This document shows, piece after piece, positions 51,964 through 64,000 of a DNA stretch of 64,000 nt. The position numbers and the translations under genes were made by a program. Where the stretch lies: contig OZ176054.1 of assembly GCA_964247055.1 (NCBI GenBank), forward strand, positions 5,456,001 through 5,520,000, read 5' to 3'. How positions within the stretch are numbered: the first letter of the stretch is position 1; each line of letters starts with the position of its first letter. The notes under the pieces are model-generated. The model was not told the DNA's origin, did not search any database, and saw nothing but the letters and a program-made list of their open reading frames with translations. This DNA comes from Paragordius varius. Its lineage: Eukaryota > Animalia > Nematomorpha.

Positions 51964-54697
51964 CAGGGGTGGCCACACTTTTTTTGTCGCGAGCTTTTTT
52001 TTGGCTTTTTTGTTAAAAAAAGAGTTCGCGGTCACCCAGAAATATTTATCAAAAAAACTCAATCAACACTTTAAATGATGTATATACCTGCTTTACAGAT
52101 TAGAGTGACTTGTTTAAACCATTTTAAAATTGTAATTTTTTTATCTATCAACCAAATACAAAAATAATTTTAATTAAAAGACAACGGGTTATTAACTACC
52201 TTAATTTTTTAACCAACATAAAACACTTCAAAATATTTATTTATTAAATTTCTATTATATGAAATTTTACAATATAAAAATTTAAACAATGCATTTGAAA
52301 TTACAGGGGAGAATACATTATGATACAAAAAATAAAAGAAATAAAAAATAGCATTCCAATTTAGAACCATAATTTGAACATAAATAAGAGTACATTAAAA
52401 TTGTATCAGTTTTAATTCTATCCACATATTTTTTAGTAAATCGGCTTTTTCCTAAGCGAAAATACAACTCGATAAACATCCATATTTAATAAAGAAAAAA
52501 ATATTTAAAACGCCCGACTGCGAAAAAATTCAGAAAGTTTATCTAAATTAGGTTCAAATGAAGTCAAAGCAATTCTCAAACATGATTCTAAATGTTTATT
52601 AGTTAATTGTGACCTCTGTTTAGTTTTGATAGCATTCATAATTGAAAAAGCCGATTCACATAAATATGTGGATCCAAAAAAAGAATTGAATAATGCAGCG
52701 GTTTTCCAAATATGGGGGTATTTATCTTTATTTATAAATTTATATATATCTGATCCTAATGATTTTAGATGGATATCGCATTTAACATTTATTAATTCCT
52801 CTTCCAACTCTGCTAAATTTGGTACACCAAGAAAGTGGCTGAGTTTTTGAGCAATATATTCAACATTATTATTATTATTAAATGGGCATGATAAAAAAAT
52901 AGCGATGTCTTCAATTTTATTTATAGATGAAAATCGTTTTTCAAAATCATTAATAAGCAGACCAATATCATCTGCATATTTTTCAAAAGAGAGATTCTCT
53001 ATTTTTTCAGACACCGCTGCCAGATTAAAAAAATGTTTTAAATCTCGGTTTTTTAATTGTGTTTCTACTACTGTTAGTGTCCTTAAAAGATTTTAAAGCA
53101 CCCATCATATCCATTATTGTTTTATCTTTTCCTTGTAATTGGATGTTTAATTTATGCAATTTTTCCGTGATATCGCATAAAAATGCAAGATCAAGCAGCC
53201 AATCTTGATCTTTCAATTCAGGGTATGAAAATTTAGAATTCTCTAAAACAATTTCTATTTGTGGTAAAAGTTGCCTAAATCTAATTAAAAATGCGGCACG
53301 ACTCAACCACCTTACATCAGTATGTAATAAAAGTTCTACATATTCCACGACTCATTTAACAAAATTCGAAATTGGCGGCGGGACAAGCTTTTTGTTCGAA
53401 TGGCGTTAACAATTTTAAAACAGGGGTTCATTACATGATGGTATTTTAAAACTTTTGAACATAAAACTTGATTATGGATTATACAATGGTAATCAATGAA
53501 CTTGGGAAATGCACTGTGATTTTTACATAAAGCGATAAAGCCGTTGTTAACGCCAATCATAGCTGGAGCTCCATCAGTAGTTATAGATGCGAGTTTTACG
53601 ATGGGAAGTTTCGTATCTGTGATAAATTTATAAAAAGAATAAAAAATATCCTGCCCTCTGGTTCGTTCGTGGAGAGGTATTATAGTTAATAATTCCTCCT
53701 TTGCAGATAAATCACTAAATATCATACGAATAAAATTGCATAATTGGGCGATTCCAACATAATCGGTGGACTCATCGAGTTGCAAGGAAAAAAAATACAG
53801 TTATTAATATTTTCATGTAAAATTTCATCAAGATTATTACTAATATCTTCAGCCCTGCGCATAACGGTATTTCTCGATAAGCTTATGCTTTTAATAGCTG
53901 TCATAATATTATTTTTGTTATCAAAATTTTCAAATAAAATATCACAAGCGCTAATAAAGGCTTCTTTATATATTTCACCATCTTGGAATGGCTTATTGTT
54001 CCGAATGAGTATTCCCGCTACCTTGAATGAAGCAATCGTAGCATTTTTATAGTCTTTGTTGTATTTAAGTATGCTATTTTGTGAGGCGGATAATTGTTCT
54101 TTTAATTCCTTTACTTTAATGTTGCGTTCTTGAGTTTGTAAGGGGTAGTTTTTGGAGTAATGTGGATGCAGAGATCTATAATGTCTTTCAATATTTGACT
54201 TTTTGGGCAAAGCAACAGTACTATTGCATATTAGACAGGTGCATGTTTCATTTATCATAATAAAAAAGTATTCATGCTCCCAATCTTTCTTGTATCTGTA
54301 CAACTTTTTTTGGCTCATTCTAAAATATAAGTTTTAAAAACCTACTTTTGGTGTATCAAATCAAATCTAACTTCACGATTATGCTTCTGATTTATGAATA
54401 AGCTTTGCTCAAAGTTTTGATATATTCAAGGGAAATGACTGATTTTAAGTTTTAATGCAAATGCTCCAAAACATATGAATTATAATTAATAAAATAATTT
54501 TTTTACACCCTTTTCTTAGACGTTTTTTTTTAATTTAAACCGTATTTTTTTGTATTTTAAATTTAAATTCGCTCAGAAGTAGCCAACTATCCGAAAAAAA
54601 TCAATAAAATTTTTTAAAAAAAAATATTTTCAGGCGGTCACTTTTTGAGTTGTCGCGGTCACGAAAGTGACCGCGGTCACCTCGTTGGCCACCCCTG
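51964..54697 (-). mobile_element. hAT DNA transposon, Buster/SPIN-like, 2,734 bp
   Basis: 12-bp perfect TIR CAGGGGTGGCCA; perfect 8-bp TSD GTGTATAT (51956-63, 54698-705) fitting the Buster nnnTAnnn target; subterminal GCGGTCAC repeats. Confidence 0.96.
52505..54318 (-). pseudogene. hAT transposase with three frameshifts
   Basis: BED-like CLIC...NIERHYRSLH, catalytic LQLDESTD and TDGAPAM, YHCIIH, VRWLSR, WLLDLAFLCD, STYLCESAFS, RSQLTNKHL, spread over four ORF pieces; shifts at about 53785 (poly-T), 53345 and 53085. Confidence 0.93.
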
Positions 54698-54922
54698 GTG
54701 TATATAAACCTACCCCAATATGTCATTGCGGAAAAAAATGAAGTGTTAATGTGATAAATATAATAGTTTTGCTTACTGTTTATATTTTGCAAAAAAAATT
54801 TAAAGCTCCATCTCATAAATAAGAATTGCTTATGACATTCACTAAACTAAGACGTATGAAAATTAGCAATTTCTATTTTATCAGCTCACCCAAAATTAAC
54901 TGACGGATATATACATGTAAAG

Positions 54923-55235
54923 CAGGGGTGTCCAATATGCGGCCTGAGATACAATGTGCGGCCCATAAATTTGGATTACCAAACAAATAATAATGTGATA
55001 TGCTCATAAAGTAATAACACTGATATTTCATGAACAAATTTTTTTAATATGTCTTTCCAACTGACAACCAATTAGCAATAATCGATTATAATTTATACTT
55101 TGATTGGTTTTTAATTTTTTTACAATAATATGTCTGAAATTTAATTAAAATAGTCATTATTGATCATATATTTCTTAAATGCTACTGAATTTATTTTTCA
55201 AAAATACGACCTGAAGCCATTTGTTGGACACCCTG
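54923..55235. mobile_element. hAT-type MITE, 313 bp
   Basis: CAGGGGTGTCCAA...TTGGACACCCTG termini with atgcggcc subterminal motifs; flanks match only 5/8, so the TSD is degenerate. Confidence 0.7.
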
Positions 55236-57787
55236 ATATATATAAAATATAAAAAATTTTTATGTTTTTTTTAAAATATCCAATATAAATTCAAATATAA
55301 AAAAATAATAGGTGATTTTGGAGATAAGTCAATTTTAGATGTAAATAAATTAAGCGTAAATAAAGGACGAATTTATTAACATAAAATATTGTGCTAAATG
55401 TTCTTTATTAATTATATAAAATGCCAAAATACTTTAAATGATATAATGACAAATCTCTTGGCTTGTATAGCCTAATGCTTTTTTAAAAAAATTTAATTTT
55501 TACGTTTGATGAGAAATGTGATAGCAATTATGGGGGAGTATAGAGCGTCTTCGATAATAGAATATCAATAATTATTTTGCTGTAAAAGTATCATGTATGG
55601 GGTGTATTTGCATTTGATGATACATTGAAAGCTAAGATATCTTGTTTTATGTGATTATACCGTATAATAATTGCTCTTTTTGACTGATTTTTTCTCACGT
55701 CCGCCGCACGGACGCATACAACATTTTCTTCTACTTTTTATGCTGTTGTATAATCAGGAGGGAGAGCAGATTGGTGCGCGAATAAAATATAAATATCGTT
55801 AATAGTTTTTTTAATTTCTTTCGTTTGATTGTACAGTAAATAGAGCGCCGGACTCTCTGGGTGTGTGACCGGAATTCGAACTTTTTAACTGTGCAACCGT
55901 TCCATCAGCACTGGTGGCACTAGAGAATATTATATCTTTCATAAGTACTGATAGTTAATTTTTAACATTAATATAATAGAAAAAGATAGTATTTTTATTA
56001 TAGGGGCAACCCTCTAAATGGATGTTTAATTATAAAGCTGTCTGTTCTATCTCTTATTGTTTGGTAGTAAGGTTCTTCTTTATAATTGTGGATGATGGTT
56101 AAATCTGGTATGAGAAATTGGTTAAACATATGTTTTATGTTACAAAGTTTATTCTATGCTAGTCAACTTTAGATTTAAAAAGTTAATTCTTATTTTATAT
56201 TTCATTTTTAAGCGTTATCTTTTCCTGTTTTCGAAATTTGGTGAGGCCGCTGTGAGGAAAATACATAGGTCAAGCAAAAAATCAAGAAGTGTGCGATCCG
56301 ATGATATATCAACACATGCAAAAGACACATCACTTAATTGGTCCAAATACTTTCAAAACTAAAAAAACGACCATCGCTTATTATCCAAACATACTCCTAA
56401 ATAGATTATGTATAATAGCCTAACATAAACCACATAATAAAAATTTTACAAAAAATCCATTACACCCTGCTGATAATATACATACACAGACAACAACAAC
56501 AAATGTCAAAAATAACAAATTATCGTTTTATAATATCTTTTTACATTTTTTATTTTTATTTATTTAATTGGTGAGGGATCAGTTAATTCCTTTGCTGTAT
56601 ATGCTATCTGTCAATGATTTATGAAAAATTAGCAATAAATATACTTTCTCAGACTGTATATTCAAAATATCTTAAATTTATTAATAAATTTACGGGTTGT
56701 TGATAATATTTTAAAATATAACTTCTCAGAAGTTTTTAAAAAATAAATAATAAGTTTAATTGATTAAGAACCGAATGTAAACGCGTTTTTTTCCAAACAC
56801 TTCCGAAACAATATTTGGAAATTTAGTATTATTTCCAAAAGGCCAATGATTATGGTTCCAATCCTTGTAGACATCCTAAATTTATATATTCATCTTCTTT
56901 ATTTGTTTAAAAATTACATCATTTAAAAAATTTCATACAAATTTGTATATAATTTAGATTCTATAAAACAAATCTTTTAAAGTACATTTTATGTTCTTTG
57001 TGTGCTAAATGAGTTAGTTTGAGATGGAAATGGCAGTTAAAAAAACCATTTGTCCAACTACTTATGATAATAAGATAAAAATGAATTTTAGGAGTTTTAA
57101 AAACTTGATCTCAAGTGATAAATTGTTTTTAAATAATTATGCAATATATACTATAATACGCAATTTTACAGAGACTTAAATAATGCTACGCACACCACAA
57201 TCGCAAGGGAAGTTTAGGTTGAAAATAAAATCTCTATCAACCGTTTCATTTATGCCAACCATAAATGATTATTGGCAATCTATTCAAAAATTAGATGATA
57301 GCTCAGATATTAAATATGTGAGATTTTATTAAAACAACCTTCCAATCTGTTTACAGATATAATTTGATACATCATCGGCAACCAAAGGAAATAATCGTAT
57401 TATAATATCGCTTAGTTTGCGTAAATATTGATACAAACGTTAAGAATATTAGTAATTAGCTTAGTCATTTAGTGAAAGTGTATTTCATTATGTGGGCCCC
57501 TATATTTTATACAATTTACATGTTAGGAAAAGGTTCCTTAATTTAATACCAAAACTTATATTTATTTTTAAAATTTCAATTTAAAATTTTGTCTTAACCA
57601 CGTATTCAAATTTGGGGTATCTGTTAAGTTTAATAAACTATAGTTATATGCAAAAAATACAACTTTTGTTGCACCCAAATTATATTATCTCTACTGCCTT
57701 TTTTGAATAAGAAGTTTTAAAATTTTTGGGTAGATATATAAACGGGAGAAATTTTTCGAAATCTAACACTGTTCAATAAACACATCG

Positions 57788-59009
57788 ATGAAATATCTTA
57801 TTTTTATTCTTTTTTTATCGATTTTTATATTTTGTCAAACGCATGCCCTATATGTGGACCGGGATAACACTGATTCAAGGTTTTAACTTTTTTGTGTATA
57901 GCACCTCCTCTCATTTTTTTTTCATTCTATAGCCATGATGCGTCTGATGAGAAAAGTGCTGATTCAGACACAACAAATCTAAGCGCAGACGACAATAATT
58001 TGGGTGATTTAGCAAACGATTTTGCCGATGATGACATGTATGAATACGCTCCGGACTCTGATGATGCTATTGATAGCACAGCGGATGATTTTGCCGACTC
58101 TGATGGCGACACTACAGACGACACTGACGAAAATGTGGACACTGACGATAATAAAAATGATGACAAAGATGACACAAACCTTAAATCATTGAGGATCAAT
58201 GGTGGGACAGTTGTCACCGCTACCGCCTCCTTTGTGGTATAAAATTTATGGGTTCAACCTGTTTTTTTCTCTTATCTAGGTTTCATTAGGTTTACCGGAT
58301 GATAGGTGTGTGGGAACGTTTCTCAACAGCAAAACTATTTTAACTGCCGCTCACTGCGTTTTTAATCAGTATAAATTTTATTACTATCAAATATAATTCA
58401 TTAGACGTCCAGCAGACATTAAGATTAAGGCTGGGGTAAATAACCTAAATTTGCCAGGCGTTACTTCAGCGATTTCCGCAATTCATCCACATCCCAACTT
58501 CACCTCTCAATTGAATCGGAATGATATTGCCATTCTCAAATTGGCTACTGCGCTGACAACCATGATGACTTTGCCATTACCATCTGCAACAGAAGACCCA
58601 AAATCTGCCACTTGTTATGCTTTAGGCTGGGGACCTATAATGCGTAATACTTTTTTCCATCATCTTTAGCTGAGTTAAAACGTGTGAAATTGAACTACAT
58701 TTCGGAAGCTGATTGTAGAAAAAATCAAATTATTGCGCCAAGATTGCAAGCTGGAACCATTAACCTTGATAACAAAATATGTGCAATGTCCGATGATTTC
58801 TGGCGAGGGACAGAACCCGTATATTTTTTGTGTGATGAATTATAATGTTTTAGGGTGATAGTGGTGGACCCTTTGCTTGTTTAATGGGCAATAACTATAA
58901 GATATTTGGTGTAGCTTCGGAAAATGCATTAGATACCGATATTGACTGGAAAGTGTCTGTTTACATTGATGTTCGCAAATATTTAACATGGATCAACTCA
59001 TTGTTATAA
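57788..59009 (+). CDS. Secreted S1 (chymotrypsin-fold) serine protease with an Asp-rich propeptide, 6 exons
   Basis: Signal peptide MKYLIFILFLSIFIFCQTHA; activation site SLR|INGG (58195); triad LTAAHC, NDIAIL, GDSGGP; LGWG; GT-AG introns, including one of 26 nt. Confidence 0.92.
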
Positions 59010-60329
59010 AATTTTTAATAAATGAAAATTACGCATATTATGAAGGTCTATTTAATATCAATGAAAAGCGGAAATTGGTTATTCAAAACTTATATAGTAA
59101 CAATTTCTCGCGTCCCATATTTTTTTATTGTTACCACTCTTAACAAAAATAAACCCAGAATTTAATTTTCTTACTTTATTTTATTTTAAAAAATATCTAT
59201 CTTTAAATCTGAATTTTGCAAAATGTAAATTACTCGTAACAACCGTTCGCTATAGAAAAATTAAAAAATATTATTTAGTAATGGCGCAAAAACATCGGAT
59301 AATACATTTAAACTTCCTTTTCAGAGAATAATTTACAATTAGCTGCCATATGCAATCATTATTAAAATATATATTATTGCAAAAAAACGGTACAAGTTCA
59401 CAAAAGATGGCCTATTACACAGGGTGGGGTCCCAACTGTCGACCTTGGCTAAATATTTTACTTCTTGGGGAAAATGATTTAAACAATTCGATATCATATG
59501 GTTTTCTTGGTTGATGCTTCAAAGCCACCTTTTTTATAGCGGCGTATTTAACGAAAGAAACCTACACTAATTCTTAAAAGATTTTTTGTGTTTAAAAAAA
59601 CGCAATTTTACGGGGGAGGGGCTAAACGCATGTATCAATTTTAAAAAGTGGCGGAATATGTTCCGCGCATAAATAAGTAAGAATTCGGGTCTTTTTGTTT
59701 TCCGTAGGAGGTAAAATTTTTACAACCCTCTTTTTCACACGAGGCGCATATAAACTATAGGGCTAATTTATAATGGTTGTTCAACCACGCCCGGCACATT
59801 TATAAATGAATTTAAAAAGATGTCTACGCTATGACCGGTACATTCATAAATATATAAAGATGTTATGATATTTGAATGAGCCTGCATTCCAGAATATAAT
59901 GATAAATGTGTTTTGGTTTGCAAAATCATTAGTAAAAACTATCGCAAAATACTTTAATAGAATATTGTCAACCTTATAAAATCAAAGAAAATTGCAATTT
60001 TTTCATTATATTGAAGTTTAGTGAAATTGATGAATCACAGGTCATAACTAAATAGTCAAATGTTTAACATTTTCGTTTTATCCGCAAATTTTATTTTGCT
60101 CTTAACCTATGTGCACTTGGATTCTCTTTTTTCTCATTTTTTTCGGATCTCAAAAAACATGTTAAAAGATAGGCAGATTCGATTTATTAAATAAATTTCT
60201 ACGCACAATATAACGATTAATATAATTATGGTGCAACTTTGAATAAATTATATATGTGTTAGTTTGATTAATTTTATCAACAATAACTAAATTTGACAAA
60301 TTATTTAAAATAAATCTATTATATGATTT

Positions 60330-61228
60330 TCACCATTCATGGACTTTTTTATCACTATAAAATTGACCGTTTGGATTATTTGAATCGTTCGGGGGTAAAA
60401 GAGCTAAATATACGGGTGTTACGGCTCCTTCATCAATCGTTTTATGACCTTTATAGGATGACATGTTTGTGGATACATAACCGGGACAACAACAATTTAT
60501 GAGAACGTCCTTTTTGTCTGGATGCAATTTATTGTATTCTCGGGCAAAAATTTTCGTAAGGGCTGTTACACCTGACTTTGAAATTCCGTAATGGGATGTC
60601 CCATAACCGAGGGCTTTCCAAGCCTCCGGATCATCATCTCCCAAATGTGCCGACTTTTCATATTCCTTCATCCACTTCTCCAATTCCTCAAGCGTCATAT
60701 CTTTATCGGCACGTCGAAACCAATTTTGAACTTTTTCGGAGGGGATATTGTTGAGACAACCGCACACACTCGAAACATTAACGAGCCGTGCATGATCCCG
60801 GAGGATTGGTATCATTTGCTGACACATGTGTAGAGTTCCCCAAAAATTAATTTTTAAAGTTTCATGGGCTTGAATGGCATTGGACTCAGTGGCGTCCCGT
60901 TTGTAAGCAATCCCAGCGTTATTAACCAGCACATCTAAGCCACCATATTTTTCAAGCAAATAATTTTTACAATTGGTTATAGAACTATCATTCGTAATGT
61001 CAAGTTGATGAAATTTGGGTATTTTGGGCAAATTCATTCCCTTTAACTTTTCAATTGCTTCTTGACCGCGTTCCACATTCCTAGCACTGAGGATGACATC
61101 TCCATCAAATTTCTCACATAAAGCTTTGACAATAGCAAAACCAATCCCTTGATTGGCACCAGTTACTAAGGCAACTCTTGTTAGTAAAGATATAATTAAA
61201 AAATTTACACAAACATCTTATTGACCAT
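60330..61228 (-). CDS. CBR1: NADPH-dependent carbonyl reductase (SDR, CBR1-like)
   Basis: VALVTGANQGIG, FHQLDI, GGLDVLVNNAGIAYK, RLVNVSS, YGISK (YxxxK), INCCCPGYVSTNM, GAVTPVYLALLP. Start inferred at ATG 61228 with a 32-nt first intron (less certain). Confidence 0.92.
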
Positions 61229-63269
61229 ATTAAAGTTAATTGCAGTATGCACATTTGTGCTGGCATGATATTATAGTTGGTCAATTAGCAACACAGCATT
61301 GTATATAAAAACAACAAAATGTTGGTTTATTTAATTATGGATAAAATTTGTTTTATAACAAATGACCAACAATAATGTGACCAAGCCAGTATAAATGTTG
61401 ATACTGTATATGTAAAATTTCCAGGATATTACAGAATTTGTTGGCACCTTGTATGCGTTATTTTGTAAATGATCGAAATATTTTACCTTAAAGGCATTTG
61501 GACGATAAATGTATTTCCTATAAACAAAATAAATATTCGATAGATATATAGTAAAATTTTATTAAACTTATAGATACATATCTCAAATGTTTGCTAGATA
61601 ATTTTCAAATAATAGAGACAAGACACGATTGTTTAAAATTATCGCTGGTAAATACTCACTTATTTTATTTTACGATAACAATAACATTATATAGGGTATT
61701 TATGGTTAACATATAATTAAATTAATAACCAGCTATATAAACAACTAATAAACTTAATAGGATTCATATTTAAGCATGGTGGCTTTAAAATTTTTAGCCA
61801 CAAAAAATAGTTGATTTAAGTCTGGTTTTAAAAAATATCATTACATTAAGTTATTTTTTTTGCATAAAAAACTAATTTATAAATTGATAATTAGATTATA
61901 GGCATAATATATAAAATAAAAATAAGTAATTTCTGAAGTATATTATAATATGACGATACCTTTCTAAACTCTTGATCCGTTGTACTTACAATAGTCTCGT
62001 TTGACAGTTTTAATTTAAACTCAGATGAGACGGAGAAATAAAAGTTATGTAATGACAATATAGATAGTGTTTATAAAAATGTGATAAATTTATTTGATGA
62101 AAAACGTATCATAATTATGATAGTGCATTGATATAAGAAAAATATCATCACTTTTGTCGCAAGGCTTCATATTCAAAAATGGCAAAATTTGAGCATAGGG
62201 ATGTGCTTTAGCCCCAAAATATCACTAAATATTAACTAATAAAGCAAAACAATATTTTAAAAAATTAATTTTAAGACTTTGGCTAATTCCCAAATATTTA
62301 GCTACTCAGGTTTTTTAAAATATGCGCAAAAATGCTGATATGCAATATAAAATTTAAATATGTTAAATTTTGATATCAACTAAAATTCTTAATGAAATAT
62401 TTAATTTTAAGTAAAATTTTGTTGAAACTTATTCATACTATATTAAGCATGATAGAAACAGTATTCACAAGCTTTAGATATTATAAAAACAATTTATCTA
62501 TAAAGATGCCGATCCAATTTTGTTTACGAATTTTGATTTTAATAATGCGTCTTCAAATTTAGTTTGCTATAAATTAAGTTTTATACAAATATGAATAAAA
62601 CAAATAAACCTTTAAATTAAAATTCTGAAGCGATAAAACAGCATCATCAAGTTATATAGAAAAAATATTTTTGTTAAATTTTTTAGCGTTTTTATACCGT
62701 CATCATGCTTCACAAAATGAAGTACACTTCACAAAAGCTAAAATTTAGGTTTTGAAAAAATATGCATTTTATTAAAAAGTTAGTTGATATCAAAATTTAA
62801 CATATTTCAATTAAACCTATCCGGCAACCTCGGCATTTTTGCGTTTATTTCAAGAAAACTATTCCATTTTAGAAAAGTGCAAAAAATTGAAACTTTTGGA
62901 GGCATATCTAAAAAATTAAATTTAATAGAAATATTATTTTGCTTTTTATATGTAGATTATTATATATCTTATTGATATTGTTTGGATTAAAGCATTTAGC
63001 TTCCAAAAAAATTTGTTTAATAAAATGTGCGCGATTTTCGCTATCTTCTAATATGACGCAGTTACTACAAAAGTGATAATAAATTTCTTATATTACTCAG
63101 GGCCAAAACCAAAACCATACGATATATTTATCCACCATATATTTTATCAGGATATGTTTTTATACCCCCAGGTGTTTATCGCAATGTATATGGGGCATTG
63201 CCCCTTCAAGAAAAATTTAATATTTGCCTTTTTAAAATGTTTTGCTTACCAATTTACCACGCCAATACC

Positions 63270-63790
63270 TTTTGGGGTAATTTGGTATCCCAGAGCTATT
63301 TAAAATTCGAGTACTTAAAAAGTATTGAAGGTATTAAGCGGAATTAAAAAATATGCTTTTTAGCCTTTTATGCGCATTATACAATAAAGATTTTTTAAAA
63401 ATTAAAACCTCATCTGAAATTTTTGCCGCCATTTTTTTCTATGATTATAACACTTGGATACAATATATTCATCTCAGTCCTTTAATTCAAATTGGGATAG
63501 TTCGATATTCAGACCTGTTTAAAATTAAACTCTTGAAAAAATTTAGAAGGAATTGACCATGGCAAACACTTATTTAACATTAATATTTCATTTCAAATTA
63601 GGATATCTAAATACCCCGACAATTGTTAACTTATTTTTAAACCATTGAAAGAAGCTCATTCAATTAAATTTTGTGCTTCTATCCTAAAAAATTATATGAA
63701 TGAGCTTAAATATCTAAATAAAATTTGGTTCAAATTAATACGTATCAAAATACGGCGCATCTTTTATTTTACAAAATTTTTGCAAAATAT
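63270..63790. repeat. Mixed degraded fragments of MITE family C and the piggyBac-like MITE
   Basis: ggggtaatttggtatcccagagc...aaaaaatatgcttttttagcc (family C), followed by taacacttggatacaa...aattcaaattgggatag and caaattaggatatctaaatacccc (piggyBac-like ends). Confidence 0.6.
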
Positions 63791-64000
63791 CGGATAATAA
63801 AAATTTTTCTTGACTTGCAAGTTTTCATGTCATGGCTCGCTTTCATGCGAAAATATTAGACGAAAGTCAAGCAAGAAAACTTGATTCGCAGGTGATAAAG
63901 AATCATTTGATTAAAAAAACTTATAGATTTTGCAAGTGTGGTGTAGGGCACACTTGAAGAATTTTAAAAATATGGATAAAATTATTATGAAAACTCTTGT

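Noticed and set aside
52626-54052. Plus-strand ORFs within the hAT element
   Set aside because: Antisense to the transposase.
57927-58217. Ser-rich 96-aa minus-strand ORF
   Set aside because: Antisense of the Asp-rich protease exon.
61240-62200. Hydrophobic open segments on the minus strand upstream of the carbonyl reductase
   Set aside because: No consistent exon chain or homology; compatible with chance in AT-rich DNA.
1-64000. tRNA, rRNA or snRNA genes
   Set aside because: No cloverleaf with A/B boxes and no recognisable rRNA or U-snRNA motifs were seen by eye; a tRNAscan-SE/Infernal run would be needed to exclude them.

Overview
Very AT-rich eukaryotic (animal-type) genomic DNA, not prokaryotic. 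Seven protein genes are recognisable by homology: LIG1 (-, 3' end runs off the window), SmB/SNRPB (-), a divergent G-alpha 12/13 (+), KIF23/MKLP1 (-), RGP1 (-), a secreted trypsin-fold serine protease with an Asp-rich propeptide (+) and carbonyl reductase (-). Introns and intergenic DNA are packed with mobile elements: a full-length RTE-clade LINE with a 13-bp TSD, a PHD finger inside the RT and an intact HDV-like self-cleaving ribozyme exactly at its 5' end; a 1,653-bp insertion with a 14-bp TSD immediately upstream of the SmB start codon whose ends form a GT...AG pair in the gene's sense; a frameshifted Buster-type hAT transposon with a perfect 8-bp TSD; a TTAA-specific piggyBac-like MITE family (including a self-nested pair); a modular non-autonomous Helitron cluster; and Tc1/mariner- and hAT-type MITEs. 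At least 13 spliceosomal micro-introns of 22-25 nt (plus one of 26 nt) are supported by reading-frame restoration; they cluster at gene 5' ends, while downstream introns are mostly hundreds of nt. This suggests a compact-intron parasite such as a dicyemid (inference only). All calls were made by eye; no searches were run.
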